From Gekko japonicus (taxonomy: Eukaryota), in the NCBI RefSeq assembly GCF_001447785.1, contig NW_015175421.1, forward strand, positions 1-64,000: a DNA stretch of 64,000 bases, read 5' to 3'. This document shows positions 12,229 through 24,593 of the stretch, piece after piece. Position 1 is the first letter of the stretch; every line of letters starts with the position of its first letter. The notes beneath the pieces are model-generated. The model did no database searches, was not told the origin of the DNA, and saw only the letters and a list, made by a program, of their open reading frames with translations. A program made the position numbers and the translations under genes.

Positions 12229-15200
12229 ATCGCATCTGGTTCTTCTAACACTGCCAACCAGCTGAGTGGTGGCAAGGAGTACCAGCTGGAGACAGGGAAC
12301 CCTGCTACTCTCAGAGACCTCCTTCCCACTAGTTGCCTCTCCCTGCTTCTTTGTTTTACTTCCACGACTGCAAGATGTGCCCTCAGCATCTCTCTCCATC
12401 CTTGTGTGGACTTCATTCCTAAAGCAGCCTTCTCCTTCTGCTGAGCCAAAAACCAGGCCACAGTTAGGAAGGGTTCTGCTTTTAGAATGTGACTTTAGAA
12501 CGACAGCAACCATCAAAGTCAAACTGAAAGCTTTTGCAGGCAATTCACCCAGTTCTGGTGGAGGAGAAATTGATTGCTTTCCCTGGAAAGCTAGAAAGCG
12601 CTAGAGAAAGATTGTGGTATTCTAGAAAGCATCAAGAAAAGGACAGTGATGACAAAGTGGAAAGAAAACTAATGTGAAGTTTTGCATGAAAAAGGAAAGT
12701 AACAGCAGAAAGAGCTGTCCATTTTTGAAGGAAACAGAAAGGACTCCCAGAAACTATACAGGATATGGAATAAACTGGAGGCAAAGTGTTTGGAAACTGA
12801 AAAGTAATTACCTAGATTAAAGATGACCAGACAGAAATCAGGAGAGCGAAGTGATAGAAGGACGCCAGCCCTGACATTTTCAGAAAGACAGGTGGTCAAT
12901 TATGTCTCAAATTCATGTATGAGAACCATAATGGATTTAACTGTGGAGAGCTGGGAATTGTGTCAACCCACCTAAGACAACCAAAGGGCATCAAAAAACT
13001 CCCCAGCCCACCAGCGGAACAAGAGCGGTCAATTTCTAGGGAAGCTGCCTACAGTAATGCTAGAAGCCAGTTTGCCTCTGAGAAAGGCACCTCTGCCCTG
13101 ACTGATCAGGAATTAATTCAGAGGTGACTAGGGCCGGCTTACAACAATCACATGCTTTTGAATCAAAGGTTGTGCCCATGCCAAATTATTTGATTTATAC
13201 CCCACCTTCCCTACCAAGGAGGTCAAATAGACACAGGGTCTCAAGTAACAACTTTTTATCAAGAGCACTTATCTCATGACAACCAGTGTGGTATAGTGGT
13301 TAGAGTATTGGGGCTCTTCCACATTCTCATTGTCATCGCTTGTGTGTCCCTGTTGCCTTTTTTAGGGGGGGGGGCAGATGAGAGCCAGCTTGGTGTAGTG
13401 GTTAAGAGCACGGACTCTAATCTGGGAGAACCGGGTTTGATTCCCCACTCTTCCACGTGCAGCTGCTGGTGTGACCTTGGGTCAGTCACAAGTTCTCTCA
13501 GAGCTGTTCTCTCAAGAGCAGTTCTTCAAAGAGCTCTCTCAGCCCCACCTACCTCACAGGGTTTCTGTTGTGGGGAGGGGAGGGGAGGGGAAGGAGATTG
13601 TGAGACTCTGAGACTCTGAGTGAAGGGCAGGGTATAAATCCAGTCTCCTCCTCCTCCTTCCTTTTCCACATGCATTTGCTCCCTCTAGTGGTCAATTTGA
13701 TATTAGATTGCTGTGCATCTAGCATATTTCCCTGCACTTTAAAACTACAGGGAAATATGCTGTACAATGATGTAATATTGAATTGTCCACTAGAGGGAGC
13801 AAAGGTAAAGGTTCCCTTGCTCGAAAGCCAGTCGATTCTGACTCTAGGGCAAAACACATGTGGAAAAGAAAAAAAAAACCCAAACCAAAGCAATAGGGAC
13901 ACACAAGTGACAAAAATGAGAATGCGGAAGAGCCCTTGGGCTAGGATCTGGGAGACCATTCTGTCATGGAAGCCTACTGGATGACATTGGGCCAAGTCAA
14001 ACACTCGCAGCCTCACTTACGTACCTCACAGCGTTGTCCTGAGGATAAAATGGCAGAACGGAAAATAATGCAGAAGGAGCTGGAGGATAACTAGTGCCTT
14101 ATTTTGGATTCGTAGTTGTTGAAGGACAAGAACCTCAAGAGGCTGATGGAATTAATGAAAAATACAGTGTTTTAGGTCTTGTGCGGGCCAAGCAGAATTC
14201 CCAAATACTGGACTAGATTTCATTACCAAGTGAGTGGAGAAGAGCTAGGAGCCAAAATTGGAGAAGTCAGAATTCTGAAGCTGGAGATGGAAAGGACACG
14301 ATCCTGAAGAATAAGAGGCCAGCCATTCTACTTCCTAGGAGCTCCTGGGTCCTAACTAGATTGTTAACAACTTCCGGATGAGGAGCCCGAGCCCATTCAA
14401 AGGTCTTATCATAAGTAAGCTGTCACAAGAAGCCCCATCTAAGAAAGAGTTGATCACATCTTTATAGGTTTTCAAAATCATCTTCCAGCAATAGCTAACT
14501 GCCCCAACTGTTAGGGATCACACCCTTGGCAAACTAATTATCTTGTTACTTCAAACACTGTACAAAGTTATCTATATTTATATATCTTGTAAAAATATAA
14601 ATGCTATGCATGTTATGTCTTGTTACTCTTAATCGTAACCAAAAATATGAAAATAATGATTACAATTTTCTAATGCATAAGACTGTCTGTTGAAACCCAA
14701 CAAATGTGCTCCATCTTTTAACTGTATCTTCAGTTCTATTAGTCAGCCATTCTTCCCATTCTTAGATGTTTCTCACACTTGGATCTCGATACATATTATA
14801 TCTATCGATATAAATTGTACTAATTCTAATTTACTAGAGGCCATATTAATCTGTAGCTCCTGCTTAAGTAGATGCCTGTATATGAATCAAACTTGAACTG
14901 TGTTACCCAGAACAATTTGAATATATAGACTTCTGTAATTGCCTCTCATTTTCTTTGGTAAAAGTCTCAGAGAGTACCCAGAGAACATAAGTAGAGGTTA
15001 CAAAAACATGATTAGATTGGACTGAAAGTTTTCTGAAATGGAAAGTGCTACTCAGAAAAAAAATATGCATTGGAAGGGCTAATGCTGTCATATGAAATCA
15101 AACAGTGTCTGTATTTATTGCATTATGGAATATGATGTTATGCTAGGTTTAGTTAAACTAACTATGAAATCTTCTGGGTCCAAATCAAGAAACTTTTTCC

Positions 15201-16149
15201 AGAAAAAGAAAACAAACCATCTTAGTGGGTTGGGAATCATGTAATAATCCCTGGGTGAATCAATCCCGGTGGTACCAAGATATGTTTATACAGTCTGTGT
15301 CTCACTTACATGGCGGAGACATGGGAATATATATATTAATTTGATGGCAATCTGAATACAAAATAACTATTGAAATATACATGGATTTATTCATTTGGTG
15401 TGAAGCAGAACAGATGAAGAATTGTATGGAAAATACAAAATGGACTCTGCATCATTGTGAGATTCTTTGGTAATATATTTCTGTAATGCCATTTCCTTTC
15501 TACCACCCTGTCAGTCTGTTTGTCCATCTCTGTGTCTTTCATTTTGCATTACTTTGCCATCTCCATTTACAATGAAAGGTCAATGTAAGCACAAAGTCAG
15601 CTACAACACAGTGGGTTGAATCCAATTTTTTTTTCTGCTGGTGAAAAAGGGAGGAGAGGGTTGCCTTTGACTACCCATGGATTATGGGACCTGCAGAGAC
15701 AAAAACACAGCTGGGATTGGGGGGGGGGGAGAGAAGGGGAAATTTGAGGCGTTTGAATGAAAAAGCTGACTGGATCCACCCCAGTATTGCAAAAGGAACA
15801 GTTGGCAGAAATGGTGAAGATTAGAGCATATTTTTCAGTTCTGCACAGGGACTGGGTTCTACAGCTTTTCTGCTTGGGATTGGCCAATTCTCCCACCCCA
15901 TAGCCCTCATTCTGTGTGGCTTTTATCTATGGATCTTCCACAATACCCCTCATAGCTTTTGCAGAGGTCAAAAAGGGCCTTTTCTCCCTTGGTCACTCAG
16001 GGAAGAGCCAGAGGGTTCAAACCCATTCAGAGTTCATGACAAAACCATTATTAGTGTGTGGCAAGACCAAGAAAGGAAGTTTCCTGATGCACTACAGGAG
16101 CAAATGTCTGTTGACCAGGTACAGTTAAAGCTTTTCACATGGAGCTTTC

Positions 16150-16940
16150 CCGCAGGTTTGGGTGCTGAACTGCGGCATTCCCCCCTCCCCTCAGCAATAA
16201 CCTTCTCTTTTTTGTTTTCTTCACTGTGTCCCCGTGCTTTCTCAATCTGGTTTGAGAAAGCATGGAGAAACAAGGAGGACAACGCACACAAATGGACGAT
16301 GACATTGGCCCAATCTGCATCTAGCATTTATTCCACTGTTTTACCAAACCCACACTGGAACAGAAATCCCCCTCTACATTGCATGCCACTTCCACTTAGA
16401 TTGATTGTCGGTTTTTATGGCAGTGTCCAAACTGCATGCCGCTTTCACTTCGTTTGATCTCTCGGCTTTATGGTAGCCCTCTGCATAGATTTATGGCTGT
16501 TTTATGGCTATTCAGGGGTGACTCTGCATTCAGTGTGCTGTTGGCCTGGGGTATTTTTGGCCCATTCTGCATCTAGCATTTGCTCCATTGTTTTACCAAA
16601 CTACCATACTGGAACAGAAAAAGATACGGCTCAAAGCCGCATTCAAATACCCCGGGGCCAATGCCATACTGACTGCAGAGTCACCCTTGAATGGCCATAA
16701 AGAGGCTATAAATCTATGCGGACAGTACCATAAAACGGAGAGAAATGCAGACTGGACCCTGCCATCAAATCCGACAATCAATCACAGTGGAAGTGGCATG
16801 CAATGTAGAGGGGGATTTTGGTTCTAGCGATGGGTTTGGTAGAACAGCGGAGCAAATGCTAGGTGCAGAATGGGCCATTGTCAGGAAGCTTTTTGGGGTG
16901 GAGGGGAACTGCAGCAGTTCTCAGCACCCAAACTGCAGGA
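16150..16940. repeat. Long imperfect inverted repeat (foldback/MITE-like); related sequence at ~62513-62920
   Basis: 16300-16440 pairs with 16745-16883, and 16150-16190 pairs with 16900-16940. Confidence 0.7.
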
Positions 16941-17440
16941 ACCCTCAAAAGACACGTCCGTCTCTTAAGGGTGAAGTTAGGCTGGAGGTGAGGGGAAGGT
17001 AACGTAAGAAAGGGAGAGCGTGGCAGAAGATAAACCGGCCGCAACTAACTAGCCAGAAAGGGGTACGAGATTTCAGGAGGAGCAGGGGAGAGACACCCAG
17101 AAAAAAGACTGGACATGCAGAAGAGTTAAAGAGAGAGGGAAGATAAATGCAGATTGCAAGCAGGAGCTAGTGGAACACATTCTGGAACAGAAGGAACGGA
17201 GGTCCTGGTGGTTCTACTCCACTTTCCCTTTAGGTGGAAACAAAAACGTGCACATTTATTTAAGTGTGTGTATAAGGAGCAACGCATGCCGTTACAGAAG
17301 GGGCACACTCTTCCCTAGAGAAGAACTCCAAAAGGAGAATCCAATGGGATGACTATGCAGTCTCTCAGACAGGACCTGCGGCTTCTGACTCAGTATAGGG
17401 GCTAACAACTTAGCACATACCCCTCCTAACAAATGTTACT

Positions 17441-17979
17441 TTTTAAAAAATAAGTTTATTTTTGTAGGTTTTCTATTTATTACACCATATCTTTTGTCTC
17501 CTTACTTTACATAAATCATTAAATTCCCCCCTCCCTCCCTCTACCCCTTGTTCGTTGATCCTTTATTCACAGCCACGGGCACAAAGTCTGAATCTTCCAC
17601 CAAATGTCCTGTCTTCCTTCCAATGTTATCCACTTTAGATAGGTCTTCCATCTAGTTTTAATTTCTTCGGCTTTATCCTCCCATGTGGTCTTCTGGCACA
17701 GCTTCTCGATGATGTCAGACTGCACAAAATCAAACAAATAAGTGTGCCAGGTATCTATTGCCCATTTACTCTTATCTTTCCAGCCCAGAGCTATCACTGC
17801 CTTGCCTGCTAACACCATAGCTTTGAGTATAGCCTGGGCTTCCTTATTGACTGCCTTACTTCCTAATATACCCGTTAACATTAGTTTGAAGTCTACATTC
17901 AATGAGATTTTACATATTTTCTTTATAGTTTGTATTATTTTTAACCAAAAAACTCTAACCTCTGGACATTCCCACCACT
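17441..17979 (-). mobile_element. L1 ORF2 3' fragment with TSD
   Basis: ORF 17567-17902 resembles the L1 ORF2 C-terminus (WWECP...LAGKAVIALGWK). Flanked by duplicated CTAACAAATGTTACTT. Confidence 0.75.
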
Positions 17980-18064
17980 AACAAATGTTACTTGGATCAG
18001 CATTACCTCTGTACTTTTCTAAAGGGATCTGGCAAGGCAAGTGACCAAGAAGAGGTGCAGCGAC

Positions 18065-18273
18065 CAGTGTTCCCTCTAAGCTGAGTTAGTGTGAGCTAGC
18101 TCACAGTTTTTTAGCCTACAGCTCACACATCTCTGTCTTAGCTCAGGAAGGGATGGCTCTGGAGCAAACGGATGGATGCAGTAGCCAAATCGCTCGCTCA
18201 CAACTTTAATGCCAGCAGCTCACAAAGTAGAATTTTTGCTCACAAGAAACTCCACAGCTTAGAGGGAACATTG
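18065..18273 (+). mobile_element. hAT-type MITE (CAGTGTTCCCTCTAAG family)
   Basis: TIRs plus exact 8-bp TSD GCAGCGAC. Confidence 0.9.
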
Positions 18274-18602
18274 GCAGCGACCCTGGACTTCCTTGGTGGA
18301 CTCTCCCATCTGAGTACTAACCCAGGGCTGAGCCTGCTTAGTTTCCAAGCTCTGGTGAGATCAGGCTCGCCCGGGCCATCATCCCCTGCACTCGCCCTAT
18401 TTTATGTTAAGCCTACTGTGCCTTTCTGTCAAAAGCCGGGTGTGGTCTTCATCCACTCAGGTGGAATGATTACACTTTTGATTGACTCTCATTTCAGTCT
18501 GGCATCTCTTTTGACCACCCCAACACCTTTCTATTGTCTGTACCTTTGAGTATAGAAGTGTTTCTGCATTGTGGATGTACATGCATCTGAGGAAGTCAGC
18601 TC

Positions 18603-18960
18603 TGATGAAAGGAAGTACTTCTTCACCCAAAGAGTGATGAACACATGGAATTCACTGCTACAGGAGGTGGTGGCAGTTACAAGCATGGACGGCTTCAAAA
18701 GGGAATTAGATAAGCATATGGAGCAGAGGTCCATCAGTGGCTATTAGCCACAAGGTATAGATAGGGGCTCTGGGGCAAGTGATGCTCTGTCTTCTTGGTG
18801 CTTGGGGGGGGGGGTCAACAGTGGGAGGGCTTCTAATGTCCTGGCCCCACTGGTGGACCTCCTGATGGCACCTGGTATTTCTGGCCACTGTGTGACACAG
18901 AGTGTTGGACTGGATGGGCCTTTGGCCTGATCCAACATTGGCGTCTCTTATGTTCTTATG
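18603..18960 (+). mobile_element. CR1 LINE 3' fragment
   Basis: RKYFFTQRVMNTWNSL...GFKRELDKHME, CR1 3' UTR and TTCTTATG tail. TGATGAAAGG is duplicated at both ends. Confidence 0.85.
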
Positions 18961-20298
18961 ATGAAAGGTTATGTTGGAATAAATGTTGTTAAGTCTTTAG
19001 GGTGCCACTCAGTCCCTGTTTTATTTTGCTGCTACAGGCTAAAATGGCCTAAACGATCACTTTTTTTTTTTAACCTGCAGTATTAGAGCTCCATGTTCAA
19101 ATAATGTGGTGGCTGATTGACATGCCAGTGGGTTGCATTCATCCAGCCAGTGCACCTGTTTTCTTGTGTTTCCCACTGAACTGAGTGTGACTTTCAAATA
19201 AACATACGTGGGGTTGCATGGCAAGACAATTAGGATCCAAGAAGATCCCAGTTCAAATATCCGTTTGGCTGTAGTTTCACTAAGCAGTGCAAACTATGTA
19301 GAACAAGGCTATAAGAAGGAGGGAAACTGGGCAAGATATAGTGGGAAAGCTAGCTGGATCCAGCCCTGTGTCATCACAAAGGAAATAAATGTGGGCAGGA
19401 AAGAGTAGAACAAAATTCATAATATTATCAGATAAGCCTCAGGTTCAATTGTACAGATAGCCCTGTCAGGCTAGCCTGATCTCGTCAAATTTCAGAAGCT
19501 AAGTAGGGTTGGGCTTGGCTAGTATTTGGAAGGGCGACCTGCAAGGAATACCAGGGTCATGATGCAGAGGCAGGCAATGGCAAACCACCTGTGAAACATC
19601 TCTTGCCTTAAAAACAAGTCTAGCTCACCACCTTTTGGTGCATAACACAGAAGAAGAAGAAGATTGGATTTATACCTCACCCTTCACTACCCAAAGGAGT
19701 CTCAGAGCAACTTACAATTTCCCATTCCTTCCTTTCCCCACAACAGACACCCTGTGAGGTAGGTGGGACTGAGAGAGCTCTTGTGAGAACATGCTCGTCA
19801 GAGAACAGCCCTGAAATAACTTGTAACTGACCCAAGGTCACACCAGCAGCTGCTTGTGGAGGAGTGGGGGATCAAACCTGGCTCTCCCAGATTAGAGTCC
19901 AAACTCCTAACTACTACACTAAATGGCTCTCCAGCTAGACCTTCTGGCTGCCAGACAATCTTAGGATCTCCTGGTTTTACTACACACACTGCCATACAGT
20001 AATTATTATTATTCCTGCTTCATCATCACCTTTTTTATATAGCCAACAGAGCTTTCTTTAAAAAACAAATGACAGGTTTTAAAAATGTTTGGTTAACAGT
20101 GCTTTCAGCATCTAGGATCTAGTATCAAGGGCTGCATTTAAAAAGGTAGGTTCTTTCCTCATGACATGTACATTGTCCTCAGTAAGAAAAAGAGTAAGTG
20201 GCTCTTCTGCTGAATAGCCTGTTATAAAAGCCAAAAGTGAACCAGTGACAAAATTGTTCTTTTTGTTTTCTAACCTTCTTCCCCATTTCAGATGCAAG

Positions 20299-21264
20299 AT
20301 GTCATCCTGGCAGGAGCAGATGGGAAATCAAACAGAAATAAGAGAATTTGTCTTCCTGGGTTTTTCTAACTTCCCGGAGCCCCATTCTCTGTTCTTCATC
20401 TTGTTCCTGACCATGTACGTCACCACCTTGTTTGGAAACGGCCTCATCCTGGCCACCACTTTCCTGGATTCCAGCCTGCATACGCCCATGTACTATTTCA
20501 TCCGGCATCTCTCCTTCCTGGACATGTGCTACACCTCGGTCACTCTGCCCCACGTGCTGAAAAACTTGTTGGCAGAGTCCAAGGCCATCTCCTTCGAGGG
20601 CTGCCTGGCCCAGCTTTACTTCCTGGTGGCCTTTGTGGGAGTCGAGTGTCTCCTGCTGGCCGTGATGGCGTACGACCGATACGTCGCCATCTGCCGTCCC
20701 CTCACATACACCCTCCTCATGAACCAAACATTATGTGCCCAGTTGGTGGTGGCCTTGTGGGTCTGTGGCCTCCTCAACTCAGTCCTGCACACAGTGATGA
20801 CCTCCCTCGTGCCCTTCTGTGCCTCTCACGAGCTGGACCATTTGTTCTGCGATGTCCCTCAGTTGCTCAAGCTCTCTTGCGCAGACACTTTCCCCAACCA
20901 AATCACATTGGTGGTGGTAACCATGCTGCTTGGGGCGAGCCCTTTCTTCTGCATTGTGGTTTCCTATGTCCATATTGTCATGGCGGTCTTGAGGATCCGC
21001 ACATCCCAGGGTCGCCGCAAAGCCTTCTCCACCTGTGCGTCTCACCTCACAGTGGTCACCTTATTCTACACCACTTGCATGTTTAATTATAACCGACCCA
21101 GTTCTAAGCACCCTGCATATATAGACACTCTGGCTTCTGTGCTTTACAATGTGGTAACCCCAATGCTGAACCCTATCATCTACTGCCTGAGGAACAAGGA
21201 AATGAAGGAGGCTCTCAAACGAGCGCTCAGCCCCAAAAAGTCACTGTCCCTGTGGCTCCAATAG
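20299..21264 (+). CDS. Olfactory receptor (class II), intact; close paralog of 4871-5827
   Basis: Same OR motifs (LHTPMYYF, MAYDRYVAIC, KAFSTCASHL, PMLNPIIYCLRN). ATG at 20299 follows the acceptor ccccatttcag (ending 20291). Confidence 0.96.
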   Translation: MSSWQEQMGNQTEIREFVFLGFSNFPEPHSLFFILFLTMYVTTLFGNGLILATTFLDSSLHTPMYYFIRHLSFLDMCYTSVTLPHVLKNLLAESKAISFEGCLAQLYFLVAFVGVECLLLAVMAYDRYVAICRPLTYTLLMNQTLCAQLVVALWVCGLLNSVLHTVMTSLVPFCASHELDHLFCDVPQLLKLSCADTFPNQITLVVVTMLLGASPFFCIVVSYVHIVMAVLRIRTSQGRRKAFSTCASHLTVVTLFYTTCMFNYNRPSSKHPAYIDTLASVLYNVVTPMLNPIIYCLRNKEMKEALKRALSPKKSLSLWLQ

Positions 21265-21679
21265 TGGGTCAAATTCCTAAAAGCTCACTGCTGGAGAATA
21301 TTGTAGGCCTGTTAATGACATAAGCTAAGGACCTCAGATACATCACCAATGTCTTTGCACTATGTTAGTTTTCGTCCTATGAGGCGTTTCCTTATCTCTA
21401 AAGCACATCATATCTTGACATATGTTCCTTTCTTTTATACAATGAAGCAATTTTATCCACTGGACCTGTGGTTTTAACACAGGAATAAAGCATGCAAGGA
21501 AGGGGAGTTTCCTCATGTGTGTTTTTTGTATGGTCCTGTTTCTGTTCTTTCAGTATGCTCTGTTAAGTAGTTACCCTTTATATACTTAAAATACTTGTAC
21601 CGCCATAAAATATTTTGAGGTGGCTCAAGATTCCATGAAAACAATTATATCTATTATGTCAGTACTATTTTAAACAAAT

Positions 21680-22310
21680 ATTTTTTTAAAAAAATCTATT
21701 TATTTAGGAAGACATTGGGAGTACAGAAAAGAAAAGGGAAAGAAAAAGGGAGGTTATAGAACATAATTGTATTTGTCAAGAACAATCATGTAATACAAAA
21801 TGTATAAGACAGAAAACATTGTCCCTCACATTCCCTTCATTATCATTTTAAGCCATCCCCTTTTTGATATCATTTTAAAGCTATTATCTATAATATACAA
21901 TAGTTCTTACATCTATTGGGATACGATGTAACTGATCTATTTTTGAGTTTGACTACATCATTAGTGTATCTAGTGCTGTTCATTTTATAGATTGTGATTT
22001 TGTTGTCAGATACTCCCAGACTTGAAAGGGGACTACATCATTAGTGTATCTAGTGCTGTTTGTTTTATAGATTGTGATTTTGTTGTCAGACACTCCCAGA
22101 CTTGAAAGGGGTTTTATCAGTCTGACCTCCTAGTCCATTTATTCCCAGTGTGGCACCTCCGGGGTACCCTCCCCATGTCCTTCATCCCCAAAGAATCTCT
22201 TCCTGATGCAATCCTGGTTTTCCTCCATCTCACTAGAAGACGAACAAGAGCGCAGGAGGCATCACTTCTCTGTGTGCCAGGAGTATTTGTCTAGAACTGC
22301 TACTTCCGTC
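21680..22310 (-). mobile_element. L1/HAL1-family 3' segment related to the 3' UTR of 6070-7840
   Basis: 21697-21850 is the reverse complement of a diverged copy of 7680-7820. Contains an internal ~80-bp tandem duplication at 21951-22112. Confidence 0.6.
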
Positions 22311-22548
22311 TTAAGAGGGCACCTTGTTTGGAATCTCCAGCATTTTGTGATTGGCCCCAGCCTACGGTTGCTAACGGTGGCTTGGAAAATCCCTGGAAAT
22401 TTGGGGCCAATGTTTGGGGAGGGTGGAGTCTGAAGAGGGAGGTTGCTCAGTGGAGATGTAACTCCCCCGAGTCTGACCTTTTCTCCAGTGAAACACATCT
22501 CTATAGTCTGGAGATTAGTTGGCATTCTAAGTGAATTCCAGGTACCAT

Positions 22549-23360
22549 CTGGAGATTTGAAACCCTACCTTTTCCCCATGGCATCCATTTTGTGTTCAGC
22601 TGAGCCTCTTCCTGGCACCCATTTTGGGTGCTGCTAAATTACAATAGCACCCATAGCCTCGAAAGGTTTGAGGGACCATCATCCAAGTCAAACTCCTTGC
22701 TTGATGTAAGAACAAAGATACAGGCTGTCCAGAAGCTCTTGGAAGACCTCCAGTGAAGAAGAATCCACCCTTATTTAGATGGCCCAATTATCAAATTGTT
22801 CTCCTAATATTCCACCAAAATCCACCCTCCCATAGGGTTGCCAGGTCTGGGTTGGGAGGTGGAATGGGGAGGGTGGGGTTTGGGGAGGGGATGGACCTCA
22901 GTTGGTATTGATATATGTCACAACAGCCATTTTCACCAGGGGAACTGCTGGAGATTTGAAACCCTACCTTTTCCCCATGGCATCCATTTTGTGTTCAGCT
23001 GAGCCTCTTCCTGGCACCCATTTTGGGTGCTGCTAAATTACAATAGCACCCATAGCCTCAAAAGGTTTGAGGGACCATCATCCAAGTCACTCCCTGCTTG
23101 GTGAAAGAATCCAAAGCTACAGGCTGTCCAGAAGCTCCTGGAAGACCTCTAGTGAAAAAGAATCCACCCTTATTTAGATGGCCCAATTATCAAATTGTTC
23201 TCCTAATATTCCACCAAAATCCACCCTCCCATAGGGTTGCCAGGTCTGGGTTGGGAGGTGGAATAGGGAGAGTGGGGATATGGGGAGGGTGGGGTTTGGG
23301 GAGGGGATGGACCTCAGTTGGTATTGGTATATGTCACAGCCATTTTCACCAGGGGAACTG
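22549..23360. repeat. Tandem duplication, ~400-bp unit x2
   Basis: 22549-22947 is repeated at 22948-23360 with high identity. Confidence 0.85.
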
Positions 23361-24206
23361 ATCCCTTTCATCTGGAGACTAATTGTAATTCCATGAGGTC
23401 TCCAGGCCCTACCTGGAGACTGGCAACCCTGTGCCATTACATAAGCTTATTCTTGTCTTGCATTCTGGGGCAAGATCAAGTCTTTACTGTTTCCCTTGCT
23501 TTTTAAAAAATAAGTTCCATTTTGAATTGACTATTGGAAACTGCTTCAGAGATGAAGCTTCTTCCTGATGTCTGGAAACATCTGATCTGTAATTGAACTG
23601 GAGAAACCTGAGCCCTGTTTGATCTGGTCATTTCGGATTGCAGACAGAAGAAAACAAAAAGTATTTTGTTCATCAGTAAAAACCCCTCCCCCCAAAAAAC
23701 CCTGCTTTTGCTATTCCTTTAATTAAAAAATAAGTCACTAAGATAACGGTGGGGGGGGGGATGAATCCTTATTTGTTTATTTTTAAAAAGCCAAAATGCC
23801 AAAATTGAGAGCCATTCTTCATGTATTGAATAGTTTCTTTCATTTCATTTTTCTTCCCAGCTCGGACCCTCAGTGGCTTAAAAATACAGTTTACAAAAAT
23901 GCAATCTACATAAGGAAACAGAAAATCTCCTAGAAAACAAAACAATATGCTAAAATGCAGGGATTTAAGAGTCAGACTGGGTGATGCGGGAAATCCCCAG
24001 TGCTATGAAGCTGGATCCCAACTCAATTACATGACACACTTTTCAGGAGAACAGGAAATCAACCCCATATATGGGTAGAAATGGCCAATATCGTTCTATA
24101 AGCTTAAATAGCTTCACCATGTGAGAATTTGTCATTCACATCCCCTGAGGATTGCTGGATGTATACTGAAGAAGCTTCTGCAGAGAGGATTCCCCCAAGA
24201 AACACA

Positions 24207-24593
24207 CGTGCTGCTGTAATTATATATCCCAAAGCATAGTTTTCCTCCTTTTTATACTTCTCTGGTATCACGTTTAACAGAAAAAGTTCTGGATCATATG
24301 GTATCTCTATTTCTAATATATCGCCCAGCATTATATGTACTTTATGCCAATATCGTTGGGTCATAGCACACCTCCACCACATATGGTAGAAGGTGCCTAC
24401 ATTGTTTTTGCACTTCCAACAGTTCTTAGACATATTTGGATAACATTTCGCTAGTTTATCTGGCGACCAATGCCAACGGTGGAACATTTTAAATAAATTC
24501 TCCTTGTAAGGAATAGATCTCAAGTGCTTTGCAGCTGTCCATATTTTAGACCAATCTTCAATGATGTAACCAAAGTCTTGCATCCATGTGATC
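24207..24593 (-). mobile_element. L1 ORF2 internal fragment (Cys-rich domain)
   Basis: KMFHRWHWSP...CWKCKNNVGTFYHMWWRC zinc-binding motif of L1 ORF2. Confidence 0.8.
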
